A stretch of 64,000 bases of DNA from Chiloscyllium plagiosum (lineage: Eukaryota): contig NC_057719.1 of the NCBI RefSeq assembly GCF_004010195.1, positions 75,135,960 to 75,199,959 of the forward strand, given 5' to 3'. The position numbers and the translations under genes are program-made. Positions 1 to 12,699 of this stretch are shown one piece after another. The notes under the pieces are model-generated. The model searched no databases, had not been told where the DNA came from, and saw only the letters and a program-made list of their open reading frames with translations. Each line of letters opens with the position of its first letter. The first letter of the stretch is position 1.

Positions 1-84
1 AAATTGGCCATTTTAGAGTTGTGAGCGGTGGACCTGGTATGTGCAAATACTTTAATATCAACTATGCATGGTGTGCAGTGCACT

Positions 85-410
85 ATAGTTGGGAAGATGT
101 TTCCATTGGTCAGAGAGACTAGCACCTGAGGGCACAGCCTTAGAATAAACAGAAGACCTTTCAGAACAGAGATGAGGAGAAACTTCTTCAGCTAGAGATT
201 GGTGAATCTGTAGAATTCACTGCCACAGAAGGCTGTGGAGGCCAGGTCATTGAGTATATTTAAGATGGAGATAGATAGATTCTTGATTGTCAAGGGGATC
301 AAGGGTTGTGGGGACAATCGTTTGAGAAACTTATCAGTCATGATTGAATGGCGGAGCAGACTCAATGGGCTGAATGGCCTAATTTCTGCTCCTGTGTCTT
401 ATCATGGTCT
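85..410 (+). mobile_element. CR1-clade LINE 3' fragment (ORF2 C-terminus and 3' UTR)
   Basis: Decayed RRNFFS..VNL.NSLPQKAVEARSLSIFKMEIDRFL followed by a CR1-type tail (gggctgaatggcctaatttctgctcct). Confidence 0.85.
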
Positions 411-789
411 TATAGCTGATTTTGCAGGAGACTTGTGTGAATGACAGAGAACAACTGAACATCACTCCACTGGGTGGGGACCAGTGAGCCAGAGGTGAAG
501 GCAATCTGCAAAGATGAGAGAATAATAAACAGGATCAACAAGTGATGTGTTTCGAAGCCTTGTCAATGCAGGTAGTAGGGTGATGAAGAACAGTGCTTTC
601 GGGCAAAAGTTCTAACGAGTCGGACGTGGTGATTGAAAAGTCAGGGTTCAGAGAGTGGCGATGGAGCAGATTGCAGTAGTAATAGTTGGGATCATTATTC
701 CCTGCCCAGTTATATCATCCAATACACTCAGCTCTGTTATTCTGGACTATATATTTTTTTAAAACTTGGGTTGTGTCTAATGTACATTG

Positions 790-916
790 AAAGAAAGTGA
801 GGGCTGCAGATGCTGGAGATCAGAGCTGAAAATGTGTTGCTGGAAAAGCGCAGCAGGTCAGGCAGCATCCAAGGAACAGGAGAATCGACGTTCCTTATGC
901 CCGAAATGTCGATTCT
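790..916 (-). mobile_element. Penelope-derived short repeat with a partial inverted junction and a truncated hammerhead
   Basis: gctggaaaagcgcagcaggtcaggcagcatcc body shared with 4845, 14429, 41646 and 50325. agaatcgacg ... atgtcgattct forms a short inverted repeat. Confidence 0.7.
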
Positions 917-1180
917 AATGTACATTGGTTTAGCTCATTTCGCTTTTCTCCGGGTAGTTCCGGCGAATCACTTTTGAAGGTATACCAGACAAGGCAGTCA
1001 CCTTTTGCATAACAAAGAGGCAAATGGCCAGTTTATTTCCCAACTCTTTCACTTAATTTGACATTTTAAGTGCCCGAGTGATTACTTTTTTGAAAAAAAT
1101 AATGATGTATCAGATACAAAAGCGGGAGTTGCTGGAAAAGGTCGCAGCAGGTCTGGCAGCATCTGTGAAGAGAAATCAAA

Positions 1181-1214
1181 GTTAACGTTTCGGGTCTGAT
1201 GACCCTTTCTCAGG
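1181..1214 (-). ncRNA. Hammerhead ribozyme-like motif (one core substitution) in a Penelope-derived repeat spanning ~1120-1215
   Basis: Minus strand reads CTGAGAA-A-GGGTC-ATCA-GACCC-GAAAC-GTT, with a perfect 5-bp stem II and an ACGT palindrome. Confidence 0.65.
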
Positions 1215-1459
1215 ACAATGTATTAGTGTTCTCTGAGAGGAAGAGCACCCAACACTGGGCAAGGTGTTGCAAACTCCGTCCTATGGATATGTTACAGAAG
1301 GGTGGTTTCAACTATTGAAACTTTCAACTCTTCAACACTCATGTGTCCTGCCAATCATCACCATGCAGTCACAGGCAAATGCTTTTTCACACTTGCTGAT
1401 GATCATCCACTCTGTGTGTTTTGTGTTTCAAGTTCCATCTACGTAAAGCACCATTTGCC

Positions 1460-2065
1460 CTTGTTATTTTTGATTCACTTGTGGGATATGGGCATTGCTG
1501 GCTGGACCACTATTTATTGCCCATTCCTAGTTGCCCTTGAGAATGTGGTGGTGAGTTGCCATCTTGAACCACTACAGTCTGCAAGTCTGCACGCTGTAGT
1601 TAGATCCACAATGCTGTTAGGGAAGGAGTTGCCATAATTTTAACTCAACGACACTATCAGGACAGTGAGTGATTTGGGGGTAACTTATAGGCAGTGGTGT
1701 TCCCGTGTATCTGCTGCCCTTGTCCTTCATGATTTTGGAAGATGCTGCCTAAGCAGCGTTGATGAATTTCTGCATTGCATCTTGTAGATAGTAGACACTG
1801 CTGCGACTGAGCAATGGTGGTGGATGGAATAGATATTTGTGGATGTGGTGACAGTTAAGTGGACTGCTTTGTCCTGGATGGTGTCAAACGTCTTGAACTT
1901 TGTTGGAACTATGCCTATCCAGCCAGTGGGGAGTATTCCACCACACTCCTGACTTGTAGATGGTGGATAGGCTTTGGGGAGAGAGAGGAGGTGAGTTACC
2001 TGCTGCAGTAGCCTTAGCCTCTGACCTGCTCCTGTAGCCACTCTGTTTACATAGCTCGTCCATTT
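1460..2065 (-). mobile_element. CR1/L2-clade LINE 3' fragment (second family, tail gggcaataaatgctggc)
   Basis: Homologous to 5060-5620 (+), 8320-8720 (-) and 21400-21500 (-). Decayed VAAVSTIYKMQCRNS peptide. Confidence 0.7.
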
Positions 2066-2974
2066 CTAGTCAAAAGAGATTCCACTCCCTCAGTCCAGCA
2101 AGAATGTGAAGAAAGCTATAGTGCTCCAGCCACAGTTATGTGTTCATTCTAGCAGGCACAACAAGTCAAAGGATGGCCTTTAAGAGATACCAGCTGATGG
2201 AATGGCTGGTGACTCTGACATACATGAATACAGAGAGCATTAACCAAGCAGGGAAAAGCTTGAAGGAGTGAGTCATGGGGTAAGGCACACAAAACTCAAT
2301 TAATTGCTCTTGCACACATCATTTGCACCATCTCCTGTGTGAGGTATAGTTATCACTAGCTGGTGTTGCACTGGTAATTTAAGTAAGCGGGTAGCGGAAA
2401 GTTGGAATAATGCCTTTATTTTAAGGTGTGTGTGTGTGTTTTAATTGTGCAACATGATTCCTGCACCCATTTCCAAGTAAGACCCCGGAGCATTTTTGTT
2501 GATAAAGCCACAAAATAAACAGCAGTAACATCTCTGGATTTTAGCATAGAAATTTACAGAGTGGGAAGAGGCCATTCAGCCTCTGCTCACTTTCTAGCTC
2601 ATGATTCTTAGCCTTGTAGGATATGGCATTTCAAGTTTATAACTAGAAGCATAGGCCAAAGAGTTAAAGGTACATTTTTACAGCAGACTCATTTTTACAT
2701 GAGACTGCAGAGTATTGCATACTGTTTTGGCATTCCATTCTAACAAATGAATTAAAGCTGTAGTAAGCCATCAAAATGACAAAAGGATCAGTGAAAGTTA
2801 TGAGATTCAGTTAAGTCATTTAATGTTCAGGGAGTAAAAGATGTGGCATCAATTTAACAAAACATTACAGAGAGCAAGCAGGGATGTTAAATTAAAGTTG
2901 TTGGTTCATCAAATAATTTGCCAAAGTGAGTGGTTTAGTTCGAGTGGAATGTGATTAACTTTATTGCGGGAGCA

Positions 2975-3310
2975 TTACTGTGTAATATCACTGAACTACT
3001 AATCCAGAGGCACAACTTAATGTTCTAGGGGAAAGAGTTCAAATCCCCCCACTCTAAATGGCAGAATTTAAAGTCACTTTATAAATCTGGAAGTTTGCCC
3101 AAAAGTTACAATTATCTCCAATTGTTGTTGAAAACCATCAGGTATGTGAATAACCTTTAGGGAAAGAAATCTGCTGTCCTTAAACTATCTGGCCTACAGT
3201 TGACTCCAAGCTTGCAACAATGCAGTTGACTCTTAACCCCCATCCCAAAGGGCCTAACGAGCCAGTGAGTTCAAGGGCACTTAGGGACGGTGATGTCCAC
3301 ATCCCAAAAA
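2975..3310 (+). mobile_element. SINE, same family as 6715-6990 and 51130-51452
   Basis: B-box-like gagttcaaatccc; body aatctgg...ctttagggaaagaaatctgctgtcctt...ctggccta recurs three times in the window. Confidence 0.65.
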
Positions 3311-3419
3311 AGTATAAAGGAAGAAAATAATTGCGGTAACAAAGTAAATACAGGCAATGCAAATTGAGTCCAGTCTGTGGGATCAACTTTCAATTGCTCC
3401 TGCAAAGAACGATTATGAG

Positions 3420-4040
3420 AGCGTAAGAACTAGGAGCAGGAGTAGACCATCTGGCCCATCGAGCCTGCTCTGCCATTCTTTTCATGGACTCAGTTCCACT
3501 TACATGCCTGCTCATCATAAACCTTTAATTCATTTACTGTTCAAAATGTTATCTATCCTTGCCCTAAAAGCATTCAATGAGGTAGTCTTAACTGCTTCAC
3601 TCGGCATGGAATTCCACAGATTCACAACCCTTTAGGGTGAAGAAGTTGCTCCTAAACTCAATCCTAAATCTGATCCCTGTTATTTTGAGGCTATGGTTTC
3701 TAGTTTCACCCACCAGTGGAAACAACCTCCCTGCTTCTGTCTTATCTACTCCATTCATAATTTTGTATATTTCTATAAGATCCCCCATCATTCTTCTAAA
3801 TTCCAATGAATATGGTCCTGGGTCTACTCAATCTCTCCTCATGAACTAACCGTCTTAACTCTGGAATCAACCAAGAAAACCTCCTCCAGTGCCAGTACAT
3901 CCTTTCTCAAATAAGGAGACTAAAACTGTACATGGTACCCCTAGTGTGGCCTCACCAGCACCCTATATGCCTGCAGCATAACCTCCCTGCTTTTAAACAC
4001 CACCCCTCTAGCAATGAAGGACAATATTCCAATTGTCTTT
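3420..4040 (-). mobile_element. CR1 LINE 3' fragment
   Basis: ORF 3597-3806 LEFRRMMGDLIEIYKIMNGVDK matches the CR1 ORF2 C-terminus; CR1 tail near 3420-3470. Confidence 0.85.
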
Positions 4041-4844
4041 TGCACAATGAATCACTGCTCTCACACAATTATGGAGTTATGCTCCATGGCTTATGAAGGA
4101 GGAAAACAGACAGGGGTACTTAATCCGATGCAGAAAATTCACTGCTTTTGCGCAAGACCCAAACACTTCCGAGCAGTCTAAACCTAAAACGTGCAGAAAA
4201 TATATTTTGAAAGTCGGAGAAAGGGAAGAAAAGGGAAGAAAAGCAATTGAACTTCAGAAACGAAGAGCTTCTGACTTCCAAAATGTATTTGTTATTATTA
4301 TTTTTCTTGTCCCCAGGGCAAGGGCAGCCGTGTGCAATGCTTTTCTGACCTGTAAATTGACCTCCAACTATTTAATTCATTGCCTGTCAATTTCATGTCA
4401 TGTGGAACTGTGATCCAACCTTCCCTACAAACCTGTTAACCTGACATTAACATGTCAATTCTTGACAGAAGAAAAACAACTATACTTGTCCCACTTTCTG
4501 CTTTTAAATAACTGTTAAAGGTTTCTCCAAGAAATCGTTGCCAGTTTGGTTGAGCCCAACAGCATGATTTTGCTCAAGTTTTAATCGCTATTTCCAAGGG
4601 ACCTCCCTTATGATCAGCTCAGCTCTAACAGAAACCTAGTTGTGCTATCACCGAGACACCTTTCTCTGTCAACATTTGTTGTCTGGGTTAAAATGAAGCA
4701 GCAGCAATTCTCAACCTGAGCATTATTAGATAAGATAATGGTTCTGAAAGACTTAATAGTGGAGGCTACGTTAATCCCCACACAATCTAATGACGCCATA
4801 AGAACTTTGGTTAGGAAAAGTAAAACATGGTAGGACCTTTGGCA

Positions 4845-4970
4845 AAGGTGAGGACTGCAGGTGCTGGAAATCAGAGTCTACATTAGAGTGGTGCTGGAAA
4901 AGCACAGCCGGTCAGGCAGCATCCGAGGAGCAGGAAAACCAACGTATCGGGCAAAAGCCCTTCATCAGGA
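4845..4970 (-). mobile_element. Penelope-derived short repeat with hammerhead motif (GAAA changed to GATA)
   Basis: Minus strand reads CTGATGA-A-GGGC-TTTT-GCCC-GATAC-GTT followed by the gatgctgcctgacc body. Confidence 0.8.
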
Positions 4971-5059
4971 CTCGTAGGATTTTGTCAAGTGAAGACCTAT
5001 GCCATAGTCTTCATAGCAAGTGCCATACAATGCAATTTCCAAAAAGGAAGAATGCATCC

Positions 5060-5620
5060 ATTATCCCCTTCCATGGCATTTAATGGCATTACTTTTGCTG
5101 AATTCTTCCATTGTCAACATACTGGGCATTACCATTGACCAAAAATAGACTTGTCACATTGAGATTGTGGGCTACAAGAGTCAGTCAGGGGCTGGGAATA
5201 GAGTGACAGGTAACTTGCTGTATGTCTCTCAAAGCGTGTTCACCATCTACAAGGTTCGCAGCCGGAGTGTGATGGAATGTTCTCCATTTAACTGGATGAG
5301 CGCTGCTCCATCAACACTCAAGAGGTTTGACATCATCCACGACACAGCAACATTCTGGATTCAAATACCTTATCCAACCCCTTCCAAACTCAGTTCCTTC
5401 ACCGCCATAGTGGCAGCAGTGTGTACCATCTATGAGATGCAGTGAAAGGTTCATTTGAGAGCTGAAACTCTGTTCTTAACAGTACTGTGGATATACCTCA
5501 CCACATGGACTTCAGTAGTTCAAGAAGGCAGCTCACCGTCCCCCTCTCTACGATAGTTAGGGATAGGCAATAAATGCTGGCTTAGTCTGCAATCACCACA
5601 TCCTGTGATTGAGTGAATAA
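5060..5620 (+). mobile_element. CR1/L2-clade LINE 3' fragment (second family)
   Basis: TIYKVRSRSVMECSP..WMSAAPSTLKRFDIIHD; tail gttagggataggcaataaatgctggc. Confidence 0.7.
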
Positions 5621-6714
5621 TGAACATATCTAACTCACTCATGTAGCTTGTACCTAATTACTATCAGGTAATAAATAGCATCTTGATCAAGACATGAACT
5701 CTTTTTATCAGGGCTCACTGGTAGATTTTCTCTATTATAAACCACTGACTATGAGCTTTGATTTGTGTGACTGTTTTATGAGCTCTGAATGACATTAAAT
5801 TTTTTGAAGAGGGTTTGGATGGATGATTATTTATTTTGACAGTTTTATGAACATCTTGAAAACTTTCAAGTGTTACCATTGGACTAATGAGTCTGTCACT
5901 AGTGAGTAATCATGAAAGGCTAGGGTTTTTTTTAATCACACAGTGTTTATTGTTCATCCCTATTTGGGAAGGCAATGTACCTCCTCCTTGAGCCGCTGCA
6001 GTCCACTTGTTGTAGGTACACCTACACAATTGATGAGAAATTTTGAAGGAGACATGGGAATTATAGAAGGAGATTGGTGTGGGGAAGGATGTTGGGGTTT
6101 TGGAAGGTTAGTAGGGGTGATGGTTTGGGTGCCAGACACTCATTTATATGACTGGTCCATTGCCCCACCTCCATTCCTGTCTCCATGTTATTTCCAGAGG
6201 CCGAGACCTGGACTCCAGTCTGTCTCCATCTCCCCACCATGCGTGAGGTGGGCAGTGCCAGGCAGGAAGTGGATCAACAATGTTGAATAACTTACTGACT
6301 TGTCAATACATGTATGATCCACTTCCATGATTGATACCCATCAATTTGATAAGAAAACATGCTCACCAATAAAAATGTCATTTGTTTAAAGATATCAGAT
6401 TCTAGAGTTAAAGGTTAAATATTTCAGTGACTTTTTGAAGTGTAAGTATTTCAATTAATAGTCAATTCTGTCTGAAGTTCATTTAAGCACTGGGCGTACT
6501 CTAATCGGCTCTATCTTTTATTTCAGAAATCACTGCATCTTTGTGAAGGAATGTTATTAGCTTAACACTGAATATATTGCTAGTCAAGTGTTGAGACCCA
6601 TCATAAGCTGAATGATTGAAGAAAATCTAAATGATGTATTGGACCGATGAGGTTGACATTTTACATATTGTGTCCCCGCCCCATCTCCTGCTGGACCCAT
6701 TCTCACATGAATAT

Positions 6715-6990
6715 GGGGAGGTAATGGCCTAGTGATATTATCACTGGACTGTTAAACCACAGACCCAGGTAATGAGCTGGGGACCCAGTTCCGAAACCCA
6801 CCATGGTGGACGGTGGAATTTGAATTTGATAAAAATCTGGCATTAAGAGTCTAATGATGGCCACAAATCTGTTGTTGGAAAAACCCAATCTGGTTTCCTT
6901 TAGAGAAGGAAATTGCTATCCTTACCTGGTCTGGCCTACATGATACCACACCCATTGCCATGTGGTTGACTCTTAACTTGCCTCAAAGGA
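6715..6990 (+). mobile_element. SINE (tRNA-like head)
   Basis: A-box-like tggcctagtg and B-box-like gttccgaaaccc; homologous to the 2975 and 51130 copies. Confidence 0.65.
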
Positions 6991-7689
6991 GTTTGGAAAA
7001 CCTCCTCTACCCGTGGTCATGCTGATACTTTAGTTACATTGGAGATAAAAATATCCAACTGTACTGCAATCTCAAGCCCCCCTCCAGATCTTTTGAGTTT
7101 TATTTAGCCACAACAAATCCACAGCTATGGAGAGTGAGTGTGAATATGGTTCATTAAGAGCAAAGTATTAAAACTCGAGATGAACAAGTAGGTCAGTAAA
7201 GGCGCCAGTTTAAGAATGAACTATGACAGAAAATGAAAACAGAAATTTTATCTTGGGCAGTACTTTATTAGCTGTTTTTACACACACCCAAAGGAACTTC
7301 CATATTAGTTGGGACTTTTTGTTGAGCAATTGAGTTATCATCTCTTTTGTGGTACAGCTCAAGACAGATTTCTTCCCGTAGAGTTGAATTCAAAATTACT
7401 CAGATCATTTCATACTTGCATTCAATTAAGTGGAAGGTAATCAAAGATAAATCGAGGTTAAGTCAGCTTGGTTATCCTTAGATATCAAACTCAGTAGTGT
7501 AACATTATATAGGAGCGCGGCAGGTCAAGCAGCATCAGAGGAGAATGGGAGTCGATGTTTCAGATCAGAACCCTGTCTTGAAGCCAGCCAACCCTTTTGA
7601 TGCTGCTGGACCTGCCACATTTCTAGTCAAAACTAAATGTTGTCTAGGCCTTGATCTGTGCAGGGAGAAACTGCTTCATTAGCTGTGGA

Positions 7690-8720
7690 GTCACAAATGA
7701 TGCTCAATATTGTTCAATCATCAGTGAACATCTGCAGTTCTGACATTATGGTAGAAGCAAGGTCACTCATAAAGCTACTGAAGATAATTGGGCCTAGGAC
7801 ACTACCCTGAGGAACTCCTGCAGCAATGACCTGGATGTGGGATCATTGGTCTCCAATATCCACAATATTCCTCCATTGTACCAGACTCAAACCAGTAGAG
7901 AATTTCCCTGAGTCCCTGTGGGTCAATCTTACAAAGGTTCCCAATGTCACAGTTGGTCAAATTCTCCCCTGATGTCAAGAGTAGTCACTTTCACTTCACT
8001 TCTCGAATTCGGCACTTTTGTCCACGTGTGGACCAAGGCTGTGGTGACATCTGGAGTTGAGTGGTCCTGGTAGAACCCAATCTGAGAATTGGCGATGAAG
8101 TTATCGGGGAGTTGGAACAGCTTGATAGCACTGTTGGCGATACCATTCATCACTGTGTTGAGGATTGAGAGGAGTCAGATGGCGTGGTAACCTAATGTGG
8201 AAAGGAGCTTTCTGCTCCATTTTCTACATTGAAAAGTAGATGTCAGTGTTGTTGCTGGACAGGATCAGCCTGGCTGAGAGGCTCACTTTGCTCTGGTGCC
8301 CAAGTCTTCAGTGCTAATTCTTTTTTTTAATTCACTGGTGGAATGTGGGCATTGTTGGTTGGCTAACGTTTTATTGCCCATTCCTAGTTGCCCTTGAGAA
8401 GGTGGTGGTGAGCTGCCTTCCTTAACCGCTGCAGTCCACCTGCTGTGGCTTGACTCACAATGCCCTTAGGGTGGGAATTCTAGGATCTTGACCCAGCGAC
8501 AGTGAAGGAACGGTGATATGTTTCCAAGTCAGGATGGTAGTGGCTTGGAGGAGAACTTGCTGCTCTCATCCTTAGAGCTGGAAGTGGTTGTAGGTTCAGA
8601 AGGTGCAGCCTGAGGACCTTTGGTGAATTTCTGCAGTGCATCCTGCAGATAGTACACACTGCTGCTTTGGGGAGCTATGAGGTGAGTGATCCCCCGCAGT
8701 ATTCCGAGCCTCTGGAATGC
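7690..8720 (-). mobile_element. Two decayed fragments of the second CR1/L2-clade LINE family (RT region and 3' end)
   Basis: ORF 7947-8153 SQIGFYQDHSTPD...LDIRGEFDQL resembles RT motifs QFGFR and LDIKAAFD. 8320-8720 matches 1460-2065. Confidence 0.7.
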
Positions 8721-9399
8721 CATGAGGGTTCGTCCAGTGTACTGGGCTAGATTCCATGATATCGCACCTCATTGGCTGAAGACTGGCTGTAATGATGGTG
8801 GAAACCTCAGCAGCAATTCTAGCCAAAGGTGGTTCAGAACATCTCAATCCTGACCATCGCTGCTGAGCTCAACTATCAAATGGACCCACTCTCTCCCATC
8901 TCACAAACGTGAGAAAGAAACACCAGTATGCTATGTACCATCGAACAGTGATGATAATGTTAAATTAGAATGGCTGGTGGCATTTTATCTGCTTTCCAAC
9001 TTCCCCAGAGTCAGGTGTCTGGGGAAGTGAAACATGAAAATAATTGCTTCTGACAAGATGTTTTATTCACTGCATATTTATTTTATTACGCTCAGCTGCC
9101 ATTGTCTAAAAGGAAAAGTATGGCATAGATTAGAAAACGATTCCCTGCTATGCTTCTACAGGGTACAATTTACTCATTACCCAAAATTTCTCAGAGGTTC
9201 ACCTCTGCCAAACCATCTGGATCCAATCCGATCTGTCAAAATATGCTCCTGCCCAATGCCAGCTGTGCTACCAGTTTTTCAGCGACCAACAAGTGGCCAT
9301 TCGGGCTGCTCAGAGGGTGTGCTGCTACCCCTATTTCCAAACATTGTTTTAAGCAAAATATATGCGGGTGATGGCTTCATTCAAGGAACTTCCTGGATG

Positions 9400-10015
9400 A
9401 GATCAGTGATTGACTTTTATTTCAAAGGGGTTGGAGTGTAAGTGTAGAGTGGTTTTTCTAAAACTAGACAAGGCACCTGCCAGACTGCAGCTTGAATACT
9501 GTGAACAGTTTCTGGCCCCTTACCTAAGGAAAGATGGGCTGGTATTGGACGTAGTGCAGAGACAGCTCACTCAGTTGATAGCAGGCATGGGGAGACTGTT
9601 TATTATGGAATGAAGTTGCCCCTGTACACATTGGAGTTTAGAAGGCTGAGAGGAGACTCACTGAAAAATCCAGGATTCTTAGGAGACTTTACAGGGCAGA
9701 TGCAGACAGGCTGTTCCCCCTTGTGGGAAGAGTCTAGAACCAGAGGTAAAATCTCAGAGTAAGGAGTCACCCATTTAAGCCAGAGATGAGGAATTTCTTC
9801 CATCAGAGGGTTGTGGTATTCTTTACAGCAGACAGCTAGCGAGATTGGGTCGTTAAGTGTATTCAAGGCTGTGATCAACCGAGGAAATCAAGGTTTACAG
9901 GGAAAGGCAGGAACGTGGAGCTGAAGATTGTCATATAAGCCATGATCTCATTGAATGGCTTGCAGATTTGATGGACTGAATGGCCTAGTTCCTCTCCTAT
10001 CCCTTATGGTCTTAC
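9400..10015 (+). mobile_element. CR1 LINE 3' fragment
   Basis: RLQLEYCEQFLAPYLRKD..LDVVQRQLT matches the CR1 RPHLEYCVQFWSP motif; CR1 tail near 9960-10015. Confidence 0.85.
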
Positions 10016-10169
10016 CTGTTCTTGTCTACAAATTCTTAAGAGTATTCTAACCAGTCTGCACTCATTTCATGTAAAGTTGCATATGTCGTTGATCTTGGGA
10101 GATGCAAGATATCAGGAAGATTAATTCATTTCTTTTTTGGCTGTCACCCTGCAATGACCTTCTATTTCA

Positions 10170-10460
10170 GGGGACGGTCAAAACTAGGGAACTTATTTTT
10201 AAGTTGAGAGGAGAACAATTTAAAAGGGACCCGATGGGCAAACTTTTCACACCAAGGGATGTTCATTTGTGGAATAAACTGCTTGAAGAAGCTGTAGATG
10301 CAGGTACAATTACAACATTTAAAAGACATTTGAACAAATACATGAATAGGAAAGGTTCAGAGGGATATCGGCCAGACGCTGGCAAGTGGGACTAGTTTAG
10401 TTTGGGAAACTTTGACATAGACTAGTTGTACTGAAGGGTCGGTTTCTATGCTGTATGACA
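10170..10460 (+). mobile_element. CR1 (HER1-like) LINE 3' fragment
   Basis: WNKLLEEAVDAGTITTFKRHLNKYMNRKG and a tail ending ctgtatgac. Confidence 0.85.
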
Positions 10461-10719
10461 CTATTAACATTTAACACCTTTTCAACTGTTGTAAGCACGG
10501 CTGTTAGGTTCAATGTTAAGACTTCCCATTGGTCTTAAATCTGTAATGGAAGTCGAACCATGTAATCAAAAGTTAGAGCTACTGTAATGCAAGTGAAAAG
10601 ATCAAGTATATTACATTAGGTTAAAGCTTTAGTTCCTATTTTACATAAGCCAGAATGTCCTCACTACAAAGTAAATGGTTCCTTCTTGGGTTAAGGTTTC
10701 CCTCCCTTTTTTCCATTTT

Positions 10720-11152
10720 GGGCTGTGGCTCAGTGGGTAGCATGCTCGCCTCTGTATCACGGGGTTTTGAGTTCAAGTCCTACTCCTGGGTTTGAGCACA
10801 AAGATCAAGGCTGACACTTGGCTGCTGTCTCAGAAGAGCCCTTTCTCAGAGCAGATGTCATAACTGATTCCTCTTAGGTCGATGTTAAAGTTCCATTCAC
10901 ACTCTTTTGAGTTGAGTGTCGTATGTAGGGAAGTTAATCCCAATGGCCAGGTCAATATTTATGCCTCAATCTGTGTCACAAACAAACAGATCATTGGGGC
11001 AACACCGCATTGCTGTTTCTGGGAGTTTGTTGAGTGCAAATGAGTTACTATGTTAGCAGTAGCTACACTTTAAAAAGCATTTGATTGGCTGTGAAGTGAT
11101 TTGAACCATCTAGAGACTGTGAAAAGTACTATATAAGTATAAGTCTCTATTT
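10720..11152 (+). mobile_element. tRNA-derived DeuSINE (SacSINE1/AmnSINE-like)
   Basis: A box tggctcagtgg and B box gagttcaagtcc; central caatatttat..ctcaa...cattgctgttt.tgggag; tail gattggctgtgaag...gtgaaaagtactatataagtataagtct. Confidence 0.7.
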
Positions 11153-12699
11153 CATGCCAAATTTTACAGATGATGAGGTCTTTGACTGGCATGTCATACA
11201 TTAAGTGTAAAGGTATTAGTTTGTTTCTGCGAGTTCTAGATACACTGAAAATTGTCCAGTTACTTAGTAATTGCTCTTTTCACAGTTAAGTTGAAGGTGA
11301 ACGACATTAACAATCTGAGAAGTTAGTCTTGGCCGAACTGAACACTAATGCATTCTCATTTCTCTTTGTTTGTAGTAGGACGTTTAGTGTGAAGGATAAG
11401 TGGAGCCTTGAGGGGAGACAGTGAATAAAACCAGTGCTTCTATAAGTGGGCACGATGAAATGGCAATATCCTGAATGCAAGAAGTGTCGCCAAAAGTTTG
11501 CACTTTTAAAAAAAAAATTGTATACCATTATAGATTGTATACCATTATAGATTGATTATAGAAGAACGATGCAAGTTTCTAAACAGCTACTGATTTTTTT
11601 TGTTTGAAAAAAGTTGAACCTTAGTGGTTTGGACAGAACAAAACTTGAGGAGATATTTAATTGTACAGTTCTGGTGTACAGTTGGTTGCATCACTGCGTC
11701 TGTGGCATTTAGTGCTGCCCTTGTCCTTAATCACATACAATGTATGTGTGGTTTCTGTAATCAACAGGCTTTTCATTGACAGATCCTTTGTTGCTAACTT
11801 TAGTCACAACCTGAGGAACAAAGTACGACTAGTGAAAAAGACTGTTAGAATGGAAGAGAGCTCTTCTCCAATGGCTAATGGAAGCAATGTCTTGTAGATG
11901 TCAAAGCTTACAAAAAAATATTCAATCTTATGGCTTTTCCTTTCCATTACAATTAAAATGCATAATGTTTTCCAACACAGTGCATTTCTGATTTACTAAT
12001 AAAACTATAGAATGAGGAAGTTGTTTGGTGTTTTGATTACTTGTTTATCCATGTGCTCCTTTCCTACAGAGTTAAACAGACTTAAAAAAAACCCAAAATG
12101 GTTCAATTTTGAAGAAATAAGCTTGATGGCCTGTGAAGAATTTTCAATTTGTCTCATCCCTTCCTCAAAATCAGACTACAAAGTAGGACCAGGGAGGAAG
12201 TGAACCTTTCAGCTCAGCGAGCAAACCTACATCCGAAGTAACTTAGTACTGGCTTAGTACTTTAGAGGTCCAAACTAATACATTGCAACATTCCAGATAT
12301 TGTGGACAATCAAAAGTCAACTGAGATTAAGGTTTTTAAGGAAATCAGTCCTGGAGAAATTTGTGGGATTAAGTGGTTCCAGGACATGATGGTCTGAACA
12401 GTAGAGTTTCATAAGTTGTAGAGATAGTGGATGTTTCAATCTTTCAGTGTTCTTGAGATTCCAGAAACCAATAGACCATCCAGGATCAGTCTCATCACTG
12501 GAAATGGCAAACCCAGCCCTGTCAACCTTCTTCACTAACATCTGGGGGCTTGTGCCAAAATTGGGAGAGCTGTCTCTCAGACTAGTCAAACAACTGCCTG
12601 ACATAATCACAATCATGGAGTAATACCTTACAGGTAATATGCCAGATACTGCCATCACTGCCCTGGGTATGTCCTGACCCATGTTCCTTAAAGGTAAAA

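Noticed and set aside
9150..9371. Acceptor-like site followed by GTIYSLPKIS, resembling an exon or the Penelope YxLPKIHK motif
   Set aside because: Similarity covers only a few residues, no downstream RT motifs follow, and there is no convincing donor site.
11455..11550. Short frame MKWQYPECKKCRQKF with a CxxC pair
   Set aside because: No second zinc-ligand pair; it runs into an A-tract and a tandem duplication.
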